48,591 nucleotides of DNA from a virus: UHGV virus genome UHGV-0185643. One strand, 5' to 3'. A program made the position numbers and the translations under genes. Below are positions 8,955 to 18,417 of this stretch, piece by piece. The notes under the pieces are model-generated. The model searched no databases, was not told where the DNA came from, and saw only the letters and a program-made list of their open reading frames with translations. Numbering within the stretch: position 1 is the first letter of the stretch; each line of letters starts with the position of its first letter.

Positions 8955-9673
8955 GGCTGAATCTCCTGCGGCAAATATTTATGACGAACGCAGATCATCA
9001 TCCTGTCTTTGAAATAACCTCGCGCATACGGCGTGATGCAGGATGGTTGCCCGTACAGATGGTGAAGCAGCTCGCCTTCCTCGGTAATGATCCCCGCGTG
9101 GTTCCACTTACTGGATTCAACCTGCATGATGACCATACAGCCTGGCGACGGGTCGCATTCGACAAACCCCTCCCGTTCCCAGTTATCGAAATAGAGGTTG
9201 TCAGGGTACTGGCTTTCCCACCACGGGTATTCAACGCGAAAATCAGTCAGCATTACACCCTGGGTGGCATGCCAGTCCATGATCAGCCCCCAGCAGTCGT
9301 GAGAGCCAAGGATGAACGGGCGTCCTATCAGCGGGATAGCGTCCGGCGTTAACTCAGCATATTCATCGCAGTCCGGCGCGTAGATGCCCCAGACCACACT
9401 GGAGTTATTGCACTGCTGGCGGTCCAAATCGGACGGAATAGGCCGGGCACCGTCGCCTGGGTGGGAGTGTATGACTCTAATAATGGTTCCTGCGTCCTCG
9501 GCATTTGCCCAGTGCTCACCATCAATACGGAAATGCTCAGATGGGTTTTCATGACTGTTCGGTACCGGAATATATCGCTGACGCCTTCCTGACTGGATGA
9601 CAAAGCCGCAGCACTCGCGTGGCGATTCCTCCATAGCATGCGCCCGGATAGCGTTCATTATCGTTTTGTTCAT
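8942..9673 (-). CDS. K: Tail assembly protein K (NlpC/P60 plus JAB/MPN metallopeptidase motifs)
   Basis: Motifs ...ESPRECCGFV... and ...VIHSHPG... as in lambda K. Confidence 0.85.
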   Translation of the reverse strand: MNKTIMNAIRAHAMEESPRECCGFVIQSGRRQRYIPVPNSHENPSEHFRIDGEHWANAEDAGTIIRVIHSHPGDGARPIPSDLDRQQCNNSSVVWGIYAPDCDEYAELTPDAIPLIGRPFILGSHDCWGLIMDWHATQGVMLTDFRVEYPWWESQYPDNLYFDNWEREGFVECDPSPGCMVIMQVESSKWNHAGIITEEGELLHHLYGQPSCITPYARGYFKDRMMICVRHKYLPQEIQPWRA

Positions 9674-9685
9674 ATTGAAGTCCGG

Positions 9686-10459
9686 TTATCGGGAGAAGAG
9701 AACAGTTGCCGGGAATCCCCCAAAATCGAGGGTGGCAGTATTGGGTTCAGCCAGGCCCGCACCAAATCGCTTGCGGCAATCGCTCAGGCAACCACCGCAC
9801 ACGTCCAGCGCAGGGTCAGCGACCACATTCCCCCTCGCATCAAAATATGCTGTTCCATTGTAGGTGCAGCCGTCACCGCCGCGGTACTGGCCGCGCAGCG
9901 CCCACTCGCACAGCGATGTAATTTGACGGGTGGGAATAACCAGGTTCTGCAGGTCTGCAGGACTACTCAACGCCCACGTCACCTCTTCATCATCTTCAGA
10001 GGTTTTAGTGTCCAGCCAGAAGGTCTGCAGGGAGAACATCGTCGGGTCTGCTGTCGGATTCACCCCGCCCGGGAAGTTCACCGCATCGAGGTAAACAGCG
10101 TAGGTGTCGATAATACTCACCTTTGCATTCACCATATCCTTGAACTGGAGGCACAACGCAGTGATATGCCCGTCAAGGTTCGATACGCTCAGCTTCGGTT
10201 CTGCGGCCTGGTCGGTTGAAAGTGCGAGGTCAGAAATCTGGAAGGGCCAGAAGTCGAAGGTTTTGCCATCCCAGATGATGGGCTTTGGTCCAAGCTTAGC
10301 TTCATCTCCGTTCGCCGCTTCAATCTCGGCGGGCGTATGGGGAAACGGACTGTAGTGAAAGCGGTGAATACCGCCGCTGAACTCTGAAGCATCTACTTCA
10401 ACCAGCCGGACTCTACCGCCCGGCGCCAGCATTGCAGCTGTATCAATCAGTGCTGTCAT
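9686..10459 (-). CDS. L: Minor tail protein L
   Basis: Lambda L-like, with C-terminal Cys cluster (CGGCLSDC) and synteny M-L-K-I-J. Confidence 0.8.
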   Translation of the reverse strand: MTALIDTAAMLAPGGRVRLVEVDASEFSGGIHRFHYSPFPHTPAEIEAANGDEAKLGPKPIIWDGKTFDFWPFQISDLALSTDQAAEPKLSVSNLDGHITALCLQFKDMVNAKVSIIDTYAVYLDAVNFPGGVNPTADPTMFSLQTFWLDTKTSEDDEEVTWALSSPADLQNLVIPTRQITSLCEWALRGQYRGGDGCTYNGTAYFDARGNVVADPALDVCGGCLSDCRKRFGAGLAEPNTATLDFGGFPATVLFSR

Positions 10460-10467
10460 GCTCCACC

Positions 10468-10818
10468 TCAGGCATAGACGCCATAGGCGCGCTTAATCGT
10501 GAATGTCAGCTCAGCGAATTTGCTGCTGAGTTGGTTTTTACGCACCGAATCGGTCACGACGCGATACAGACCCATCTCCTCGCCCGGCGGCGTGATGACG
10601 AATGCTTTAACGGTATGTGCCAGAAGGAAGTCACGAACAGTATTCACTTCTGAGTCAGCGCCCACATGCTTCATCGGTATCTGAATCGCCGTGGAATTAA
10701 TGCCGTTCTCAGCCACCTGCTCGTAGCCATCACCAAACTGCGCCGAGCGCACCGTTTGACTGTATTCGACAGCACCCGCGCCGAGTTGCGAGTGCCAGTT
10801 GTAGGTATCAACTGCCAT
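10468..10818 (-). CDS. M: Minor tail protein M
   Basis: 116 aa protein in the lambda M position. Confidence 0.75.
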   Translation of the reverse strand: MAVDTYNWHSQLGAGAVEYSQTVRSAQFGDGYEQVAENGINSTAIQIPMKHVGADSEVNTVRDFLLAHTVKAFVITPPGEEMGLYRVVTDSVRKNQLSSKFAELTFTIKRAYGVYA

Positions 10819-10829
10819 ATATACTCCAT

Positions 10830-10853
10830 AAAAAAAACCCAGCCTGAGCTGGG
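10830..10853 (-). terminator. Intrinsic-terminator-like hairpin plus U-run directly upstream of M, insulating the tail operon from the inserted moron
   Basis: Stem CCCAGC / GCTGGG with 4-nt loop followed on the minus strand by a U8 run. Confidence 0.6.
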
Positions 10854-11011
10854 TTAAACATTAGGTTATTGATTAAGCTGATGAAAAATTAACCTGAAAT
10901 AACATCCTTGAAAAAAGAATTAGTTACTTCACACATATAAAATGATGAAATATGCGACACTCCGTCAATATTTTTATCCATCATAGCTAACCAATTCACA
11001 GGGATAGTTTA

Positions 11012-12625
11012 ATGAATATTGTGCATTATGCAGCCATTGGAGCTGTAGCTTTCGTAGTTGTTCTAACAATTTTGGTGATAAACATCATTAAATTAAAGTC
11101 AGCCAAGGCTGATGCAGCAGAAAAGGCGGCAAAACTTGAGCGTTACGCGTCAATCACCAATGCTGAAACAGAAGCTGAACGAATCGTGAATGCAGCTAAG
11201 CAAACCGCAGAAGAGTTAATTATTGATTCGCAGAATAACCTTGACGAGGCAAAAGCTGAAGCAGCCAACACTATTGCAGCCAGTGAAAAAGATGCAAGAT
11301 CTATAACACAGCGTGCGGAGGATATTCTATCAGATGCGCGTTTAGCAGCTAAGCGAATGAACGCAGAGGCGCTGACCGCTGTAGAAACACAAAGAGTCAA
11401 GCGTGCAGAAATTGAAAAACAGATTGATGAATTGCGTAAATCCTATCGTGAGAAAAAAATCACTTACGATGAGCTGACGGAAGCCCTGTCAATTTATAAA
11501 GATGATATGGAATTTGCTGACATGGGGTTCTATGCACCACACTTCGATTTTGATACCTCGGCTAGTTTTCAGGATGCGATCAAGGCATGTCGCGAACGGC
11601 AAAAAAATCTGCTACGTGACAAAACTGAATTTGGCGCAATACATTGCCCTACTGAATGGACGGTTGGCGGCTCTAAAAGTGAAGGTCGGAAAATGACCAC
11701 TCGCGGCATTCAGATGACAGCACGTGCATTCAATGGTGAGTGTGATGCAGCTATTGCAAACTGCACATTTAAAAACGTTTATCAAATGGAGCAAAGAATT
11801 TATAAAGCCTTTGATGCCTTGAATAAGATGAATGAGGTTAACCAGATTTACATCAATCGTGCTTTTTTAGATTTGAAGCTGGATGAACTTCGACTTACAC
11901 ATGAATATCGTTTGAAAAAACAAGAAGAACGAGAAGAACAACGTGAAATCCGCGCTCAGATGGCTGAGGAGAAGCGAGCTCAAGCCGAAATTGATCGTGC
12001 ACTTCGAGAGGCTGAAGATGAAGAACGCCGCGCCCAAAAAGCGTTGGATAAAGCCCGAAAAGAAATGGAATCGAAGCTAGCCCAAATGACAGCTGAGCAA
12101 GTTGAGAAACACCAAGCGAAGGTATCCGAATTAGAACATGCCTTAGAAGAGGCATTGTTGAAAGGCCAAAAAGCTCTTTCTATGGCTCAACAAACTAAAC
12201 GCGGCCACGTGTACGTTATCTCTAATATTGGTTCGTTTGGTGATGATGTTTTTAAAATAGGAATGACACGTCGACTTGACCCTCAAGATCGAGTGGATGA
12301 ACTGGGTAGTGCATCAGTCCCATTCCTGTTCGATGTTCATGCAATGATTTTCAGTGAAGATGCACCAACAATGGAAAACATGCTCCACCAGCGTTTCAAT
12401 GAGCAACGCACTAACCTAGTTAATAAGCGTAAAGAGTTTTTCAATGTAAAATTAAGCGATATCAAAGATGCTGTGTTTGAGATCGCAGGTAAAGATGTAG
12501 ATTTTATCGAAACAGCAACTGCTCAGCATTATTATGAAACAAAGGCAATTCGTAAGCAGAAAGCGGATATCATTTCAGTTGTTCCTCAAGAGGAAAAACT
12601 ACCTAAATTTGCGGACGCAATATAA
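11012..12625 (+). CDS. Membrane-anchored coiled-coil protein (537 aa) with C-terminal T5orf172/GIY-YIG-like (MUG113-type) domain; candidate defence or exclusion effector
   Basis: N-terminal hydrophobic helix IGAVAFVVVLTILVINII; long charged heptad-like segments; C-terminal GHVYVISNIGSFGDDVFKIGMTRRLDPQDRVDEL...EFFNV motif; AGGGA RBS; transcribed against the tail operon; AT-rich. Confidence 0.6.
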   Translation: MNIVHYAAIGAVAFVVVLTILVINIIKLKSAKADAAEKAAKLERYASITNAETEAERIVNAAKQTAEELIIDSQNNLDEAKAEAANTIAASEKDARSITQRAEDILSDARLAAKRMNAEALTAVETQRVKRAEIEKQIDELRKSYREKKITYDELTEALSIYKDDMEFADMGFYAPHFDFDTSASFQDAIKACRERQKNLLRDKTEFGAIHCPTEWTVGGSKSEGRKMTTRGIQMTARAFNGECDAAIANCTFKNVYQMEQRIYKAFDALNKMNEVNQIYINRAFLDLKLDELRLTHEYRLKKQEEREEQREIRAQMAEEKRAQAEIDRALREAEDEERRAQKALDKARKEMESKLAQMTAEQVEKHQAKVSELEHALEEALLKGQKALSMAQQTKRGHVYVISNIGSFGDDVFKIGMTRRLDPQDRVDELGSASVPFLFDVHAMIFSEDAPTMENMLHQRFNEQRTNLVNKRKEFFNVKLSDIKDAVFEIAGKDVDFIETATAQHYYETKAIRKQKADIISVVPQEEKLPKFADAI

Positions 12626-12643
12626 CATTTCAATGACAAATTT

Positions 12644-12670
12644 AAGGGCGGTTTTTAATCGCCCTTTTAT
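12644..12670. terminator. Bidirectional intrinsic terminator between the convergent moron genes
   Basis: Stem AAGGGCG / CGCCCTT with 9-nt loop, T-rich on both sides. Confidence 0.65.
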
Positions 12671-12685
12671 GTTAAAAGTCATTAG

Positions 12686-13168
12686 TTACATGTTTTTGTA
12701 ATAGCCGACTTTAGAATCAAAGTCCTGTTTTGCGAGTGGCGTTTGGCTTGTCACATAAGTCTCCCAGGAGCTGTACGCCTCTACGAGCGCGCGCTTTTCT
12801 TCTGCATCCTTAGTACTCGATTTCATTATTTCAAACACTCCAGAAGCATTCTCTTTGCGTTTGTTTTTTCTGTTAGCGCCGCAAGTCGCTATTGCATCGG
12901 CTACAGAATTATTCCACCCAACCAACTGCAGGATCTCCATTCTCTTTTGAATCACGAACTGATCCGCAGACGCATTCCGTGCCTGAGTCGACAGGTATTC
13001 AGCAAACTCCATTTTGTTCATTGGCACTTTGGAGACTGACTCAATATTTACGTCACACTTCGAAAGCTCATCATACTTGGCTTGTTTTTGCGCGTTGTTG
13101 ACTGGACCATTGCCCGCGCACGCAGAAAGAGCCATTGCTAACACCACTGTCGTGAAGACCTTTTTCAT
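12686..13168 (-). CDS. Lipoprotein (160 aa, lipobox LSAC), moron partner convergent with the T5orf172-like gene
   Basis: Signal peptide MKKVFTTVVLAMALSAC; start chosen at the second ATG for better SD spacing. Confidence 0.55.
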   Translation of the reverse strand: MKKVFTTVVLAMALSACAGNGPVNNAQKQAKYDELSKCDVNIESVSKVPMNKMEFAEYLSTQARNASADQFVIQKRMEILQLVGWNNSVADAIATCGANRKNKRKENASGVFEIMKSSTKDAEEKRALVEAYSSWETYVTSQTPLAKQDFDSKVGYYKNM

Positions 13169-13268
13169 TATCATCCCCTGATTAGTATGGTTTTGACATA
13201 ATAACCATGGGAGGCATCGGTGTAACCAGGTACGGGTTATATTGCCATATCAGAATTTACGACGATGC

Positions 13269-16200
13269 CTATTTTGGCTGGAACTGCCTACCAAGGAGGC
13301 CATCACTTCGAGTTGCCCTCATAAGGATCTCCGTCACCTTAGTTTCTATTTCCTTCCCTAACGCCCGCGCTGCTGCGCCTCCGTCTCCAGATGTGTTAGA
13401 TGTTGCATTGCCCTTATTATCGACATAAATATCAATGTTGACCTGCGGCTGGGCTCCACCTCCACCCTGCGCCCTTACACCAAGTCTTCCAGCAGAATCC
13501 CGTGTCAGCGGCATGATGGCCTCTTCACCTGCCTCAGCAAAAACTCCACCTTTGGCGAATTTAGATGCCCCTTGGAAGGTGAAATACTGAGGAGAGTCGT
13601 AGACGCCATTCACGTACTTACTGAGGCCCGGAGACTCATAGACTCCGCCTTTTGCGTTCGGGGTGAATGATGGAACAGCGAATGATTGCCCGCCCCCAGC
13701 CGAAGCAACAGAGCCACCACTGATCCACCCCATTGCGGCCTGCACTGCATAGGCAACCATGAGGCGGTTCGTCACATCAAGGATCATCTTGAGCATGGAT
13801 TTGCCGAATTCTTTAACTGATGCTTTGCCAGTGGTCATCAGCTCAGTCAGCATGTCGCCCAAGCCAGTCAGCGTGGAGCTGGCGACGTTTTTCACAGCAT
13901 CGTATGTGTTAGTGGCAGCGTCCAGATACTCATTCCATCCGCTTAAAGCACCAGCCTTCCAATCACCGCGAAGCTTATCCTCTTCGGCGTAGTAGTTACG
14001 AAGGGCTGCCAGCTCTTTCTCATAGCCAGCATCTTCTAGCTTTCCGCCACCATTCAGCCATCCCTGACGAAGCTGCGCTTCTTCGGTCATTCGCTGAGCC
14101 ATACGACTGCTTAAACCTGACCCGCTACGTAACGCCTCAGACTTTTCAGCCATCTGCGTTACATACTTATTAGCCTGCTGTGCCAGGCCGTTAATCTTCT
14201 GCTGGGCCTCTACTTCTTTGTTCTTCTGATCCACAACCTTCGCGGCATTCAGAATGGCTTCTCGGCTAGACAGGAGTGACTTCTCCTGCGCGGTCAGTGC
14301 GCGGGTTTTGGCAGCCTCGTCCAGTTCCACAAAGCGTGACTGTTGTTTGCTGAATTCGGTATTTTTGGCGTGAATATCGCCGGTCTGACGCAGGGTTTCG
14401 AGGGTTTCCGTTAAGGTCCTTGCCTGCGCCCGGTAGTTCTCCAGGGTGCGATCGCCAGCATCGAGTGTTGCTTTCGCTTCTTTTGTCTTTTTGGCTGAGT
14501 CTTCTGCAAGCTTCGAGACTGCGTTTCTCGACTCGCGGCTCGAGCCCCCTTCCCCTTTAACGCTGGCACCTCGCGCTTCGGCTTCATAGCTTGCCTGTGC
14601 ATTAGGCGCAGTGACCCGCTTCCAGAGTTCATCGTAGCGTTTTTTGTTCGCTGCGATCTCTTTGTCAGCTTCCGCCCCGGCCTTTTTCATAGCCTCAACA
14701 TCCATGCCGAGGAAGTCGGTTATTGCTCCGCCGCCCGGGATTTTCTCAGCCCATCCTGCAATGGTCCCAGTAAACTTGGAATCCAGAGAGGTAATGTTGA
14801 GGAACAGGTCCTTTATCGAAGCTTCAACCAGGTTGAAAATATCGATCACCTGATTTCCCCAGGCGCGGACAGTAATCCCGATATCATCAAAGGAGTCAGA
14901 TGCTGTTTTCTTCAACCACTGCCAGGACTGCCCAATATTGTCGGTGGCCCTGTTGGTCTCTTCTGCGCGCTTTGCCATAACGCCAGCAAACAGGTTGATG
15001 GCTTCGTTTACCGCCGCCTGCTCCCCCTTCTGCTTACGCAACTGGATGATGTGCTTCATCATGGCTTCATCAACAAAGCCATACTGCTCATTCAGGCTGG
15101 CCAGCCCTTTCACCGGGTCGCTGACAATCTTGCCGAAGTCGGACATCGCCGTTTTGGTGTCACTGCCAGCCTTGCCCATCAGAGTGATGGACGTGGCGAT
15201 CTGCTTCATCTGGCTGGCGGTATATTTACCAGTGTCATTCAGCGTAACCAGCGTATCTACGGTGGAACTGATGGATGTATTCGTCTTGCCGGCCACCTCT
15301 TCAGCAGCCTCATTGAGCTTCTGCATTGAGGAAAAACCAGCGCCACCCATCATGATGACCGATCGCGCCACTTGGTCGAATTGCTCGGATGAACTATATG
15401 CCGCAGTAGCCAGCAGACCAACCGTACCGACCAGACCTGCCAGCGCAATAGTGGTTGGGTTAATCATCCCAGCCATGCTGCGGATGTATTCGCCGACGCC
15501 AGTGAGCGCCCCCTGAACCCCGCCAAACTGGTCTTTAATCTGCCCGCCCTGTTGCAGCAGGATCAGGAAAGGAGACTGCCCACCAGCCAGCTGCGTGGCG
15601 ATATCGGTGAACTGTGCTGGTAGTGTGCGCATTGCTGCGCTGTACTGGCCGACAGATATACCGGCACGACGCGCCGCAGCCTCCTGGCGAGATAGTGCCT
15701 CTGGCAGCACGTCAGCCACGCCAGACAGGCGCTCACGCGTCTGGTTCAGGATTGTATTGAAGTGCTCGAACTGCGCGCCGTTAATACGCCCCGCTTCGAA
15801 GTGTGCCACCAACTGCGCATGCTGCTCATCCAGCGAGTTAAACGCGCGGATAGTCGGGTCGATAGAGCCCAGCAGGTTTTTCAGTGCTGCTGATTGTTTC
15901 TCGGCAGCCTGGGTCGCGGCCAGTTCTGCCTGGGCGCGCGCCGCTGCTTCTCCGGTATCCGTCAGTTTTAACCGGGTCTCGTCCAGGATTTTGTTGTAGT
16001 GCTGAAAATCATCAGTATCCAGGAAACCTTTGGTCTGGAAGTTGCGCAGTGCGGCCTGTTGTTCATCCAGCCGGTTCAGCGCCTTGTTAACTGGATCGAT
16101 ATTCTCCAGCAGCCCCTTCAGCGCGATCTGCTGTTCCTTGATACCTTCAGTGCCCTGTTTCGCAGACTCAGCACCAGCACGGAATACGCTATTAAGGTCA

Positions 16201-16316
16201 TCAGCTTTGCCTACGGCACCCGCCGCGGCTTCACCGAGTTTATCCAGCTCGTTGCTGGCTGTTTTCAGGTCAGAAACATCGGCCCGTAAAGTAATCGAGG
16301 CGATCTGGTCAGTCAT
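13269..16316 (-). CDS. Tail tape measure protein
   Basis: 1015 aa, coiled-coil and Ala/Gly-rich, located between G-T and M. Confidence 0.9.
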   Translation of the reverse strand: MTDQIASITLRADVSDLKTASNELDKLGEAAAGAVGKADDLNSVFRAGAESAKQGTEGIKEQQIALKGLLENIDPVNKALNRLDEQQAALRNFQTKGFLDTDDFQHYNKILDETRLKLTDTGEAAARAQAELAATQAAEKQSAALKNLLGSIDPTIRAFNSLDEQHAQLVAHFEAGRINGAQFEHFNTILNQTRERLSGVADVLPEALSRQEAAARRAGISVGQYSAAMRTLPAQFTDIATQLAGGQSPFLILLQQGGQIKDQFGGVQGALTGVGEYIRSMAGMINPTTIALAGLVGTVGLLATAAYSSSEQFDQVARSVIMMGGAGFSSMQKLNEAAEEVAGKTNTSISSTVDTLVTLNDTGKYTASQMKQIATSITLMGKAGSDTKTAMSDFGKIVSDPVKGLASLNEQYGFVDEAMMKHIIQLRKQKGEQAAVNEAINLFAGVMAKRAEETNRATDNIGQSWQWLKKTASDSFDDIGITVRAWGNQVIDIFNLVEASIKDLFLNITSLDSKFTGTIAGWAEKIPGGGAITDFLGMDVEAMKKAGAEADKEIAANKKRYDELWKRVTAPNAQASYEAEARGASVKGEGGSSRESRNAVSKLAEDSAKKTKEAKATLDAGDRTLENYRAQARTLTETLETLRQTGDIHAKNTEFSKQQSRFVELDEAAKTRALTAQEKSLLSSREAILNAAKVVDQKNKEVEAQQKINGLAQQANKYVTQMAEKSEALRSGSGLSSRMAQRMTEEAQLRQGWLNGGGKLEDAGYEKELAALRNYYAEEDKLRGDWKAGALSGWNEYLDAATNTYDAVKNVASSTLTGLGDMLTELMTTGKASVKEFGKSMLKMILDVTNRLMVAYAVQAAMGWISGGSVASAGGGQSFAVPSFTPNAKGGVYESPGLSKYVNGVYDSPQYFTFQGASKFAKGGVFAEAGEEAIMPLTRDSAGRLGVRAQGGGGAQPQVNIDIYVDNKGNATSNTSGDGGAAARALGKEIETKVTEILMRATRSDGLLGRQFQPK

Positions 16317-16631
16317 TATTTCGTCTCCTTATGCATTACCTTGAGAGCCTCGCTTTCCATAATCTGAAGGTCAGCCATGCAGGCCGCCGCATCCTCAACC
16401 CCGTGTAACTTAAACATCCAGGGGAGAACATTGTAATCAAGGCCGGTCGCCCCGCTCGCACCAACGCGCCATTGAGTCGCCAGTACAGAGAAGATGGTGA
16501 AGGCTTTCCATACCGACGGCAGGATCCCCACCTCTTCCTCCACGTCCTCAGGCATCAAACCAAAAGCGCTCAACTCCGCGAGAGTCGGTCCCGGCGTGTA
16601 CAACGCTGCGGCGACCTGCCTCAGTTTTTTT
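16316..16631 (-). CDS. Tail assembly chaperone T segment, expressed as a G-T fusion by -1 programmed frameshift
   Basis: ORF in the -1 frame relative to G, overlapping the G stop; slippery A-AAA-AAC heptamer at about 16624-16630. Confidence 0.7.
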
Positions 16632-16959
16632 CGCGGATACCCATCAGTTCTTTGGTGTAGGCCAGACCGATGCTGTCGAAAGCGCGAGGATAGTTCTTCA
16701 GGAGGACAATTACGTTATCGCGAGTGAACTCGTCAGGCAGGGCCCAGCCTTCGACGATTTCCATCAAGTAATCGGCCTGCGGTTCGACGGGGGCTTTTTT
16801 ACCTTCAGCTGATTTCTGCAACTTCTCATCCATTACGCGCAGCTCTTCGAGCGTCTTATGGCGGGAAGTGAAGGTCAGTTTGCCGTCTTCAGCGCCGGCG
16901 CGCGGGATGCTGGCGGTTACGGAAAAGGTAGGATTCGGGATCAGAGAGAATTTGGTCAT
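16621..16959 (-). CDS. Tail assembly chaperone G
   Basis: 112 aa ORF directly upstream of the tape measure gene, ending at the slippery site. Confidence 0.75.
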   Translation of the reverse strand: MTKFSLIPNPTFSVTASIPRAGAEDGKLTFTSRHKTLEELRVMDEKLQKSAEGKKAPVEPQADYLMEIVEGWALPDEFTRDNVIVLLKNYPRAFDSIGLAYTKELMGIREKN

Positions 16960-17000
16960 GAAGTTATCTCAGAATGGCCCGGCGAACCGGGCATAATTGG

Positions 17001-17933
17001 TTAGCTGATAGTGACAACGCACGCAGCCGATGTGATGGTTTTGCCTGCGGCGTCGGTGACTTCGCAGGTGTAAGAGCCAGCATCACCGGATGCCACAGAC
17101 GGGATGTTGAACGTCGAGGCCGTTTTGCCCGGAATGGCTGTGCCACCCTTCTTCCACACGTAGGTGTAAGGTGCTGAACCGCCCTGCATGACCACAGCCA
17201 GGTCCAGAGCTGAGCCAGTAGCAACAGATTTTGTTGGGGACAGGTCAGTCAGGAATGCCAGCGGCACAGCGGAGGAATCAGCGATCGGGTAAATCTGCAT
17301 ATCCGATTCGAAGTTCATGCGCGCTTCGTTACTTTCCACGGCATTGATTTCGGTACGTGGTACCTTCTGGAAGGACACTTTGGCAGAGTAGTAGCGATCA
17401 GCTTTACCGCGTGGGTTATGGAACCATACCGCCGTAGTATCGCTCGACTCGTCGAGTTCAATCAGGCGTTTGTAGATAGCCAACTGCGGGTCATGAGCGA
17501 AAGTGTAGACCTGCACCACAGCGTTTTTAAACGTCGGGATAGTACGGGCCTTATCATCCTCCAGGAACTGGATGCTGATAGTCTGCTGGTCACCACCTTC
17601 GGTAGATAAGGTCATGACCTGAGGCATGGTGATCCACGAATCGATTTTACGAAGCGTACCCGCACCGGTACCTGCCGGAAATTTCGTGGTATCGGTGGTA
17701 TCGAACGCTTCCAGCACGATTTTAGTACCGGTGACTGATTTGACGCGCACCACCATGTTGTCGAGCTTCAGCCAGCCAGAGCTGACCTGGACGACATCAC
17801 CCGCGAGGATGCCAGCCGCAGAGGCAACGGTCAGTTCGCATTCCGTTGCATTGGATGCCGCAGTGAAGACAATCGGCGCAAGATAGGCCTTGGCCACGTT
17901 TACACGCGACCCGTTAGGGATTGCGAATGCCAT
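17001..17933 (-). CDS. Major tail protein V with C-terminal Ig-like domain
   Basis: 310 aa; C-terminal segment ...YTYVWKKGGTAIPGKTASTFNIPSVASGDAGSYTCEVTDAAG... resembles Big_2-type Ig domains; AGGAGA RBS. Confidence 0.8.
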   Translation of the reverse strand: MAFAIPNGSRVNVAKAYLAPIVFTAASNATECELTVASAAGILAGDVVQVSSGWLKLDNMVVRVKSVTGTKIVLEAFDTTDTTKFPAGTGAGTLRKIDSWITMPQVMTLSTEGGDQQTISIQFLEDDKARTIPTFKNAVVQVYTFAHDPQLAIYKRLIELDESSDTTAVWFHNPRGKADRYYSAKVSFQKVPRTEINAVESNEARMNFESDMQIYPIADSSAVPLAFLTDLSPTKSVATGSALDLAVVMQGGSAPYTYVWKKGGTAIPGKTASTFNIPSVASGDAGSYTCEVTDAAGKTITSAACVVTIS

Positions 17934-17948
17934 AGCATTCTCCTGAAT

Positions 17949-18410
17949 TTAAGTAATAAAAAACCCACCAGATAGTGGGCAGTAATCAGCGCGGTACTGC
18001 ATGCTGACGGGGATGGAGTAGGTGATGGAGCCGCTGCTGCCGTTTGGTGCAGAGGTCGGACGGTCCTGTATTGGTGAACGAATCTGTGGCGGTCCGTTGA
18101 TGTAAGTCGTGAGGTCACCATCCACCAGCGGTAGCCCTTCGGGGAAAGCGTCAGCGATGGACTGAGCCAGTCCTCTGGCCTGAGTCACGCCGCTACCCGC
18201 CGGAGCGATAATGTTGAGCTGGAGAATGCCCTGATAGGTTCGCAGTTGGCCTTCCATATCTTGCCCAACTGTTTGAGCCGGCAAGATGTAAACGCGCCCG
18301 TACGGCGCATTATTCGGAGGGGTGAACGCGATATTAGGCCAGGCGACAGGCAGACCGAGCGATGAGCAGATAACCGCGACACGGCTTTCCAGCAGGTCAG
18401 CGATCCGCAT
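17949..18410 (-). CDS. Tail terminator protein (U-like position)
   Basis: Position immediately upstream of V; start uncertain (18410 or 18428). Confidence 0.55.
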   Translation of the reverse strand: MRIADLLESRVAVICSSLGLPVAWPNIAFTPPNNAPYGRVYILPAQTVGQDMEGQLRTYQGILQLNIIAPAGSGVTQARGLAQSIADAFPEGLPLVDGDLTTYINGPPQIRSPIQDRPTSAPNGSSGSITYSIPVSMQYRADYCPLSGGFFIT

Positions 18411-18417
18411 TGACTGT

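Noticed and set aside
14938-16344. Several plus-strand ORFs inside the tape-measure gene
   Set aside because: Antisense shadow ORFs of a low-complexity Ala-rich gene.
17954-17985. Apparent intergenic terminator between U and V
   Set aside because: The hairpin lies inside the last codons of the upstream ORF rather than in intergenic DNA; kept only as a structural observation, not as a terminator feature.
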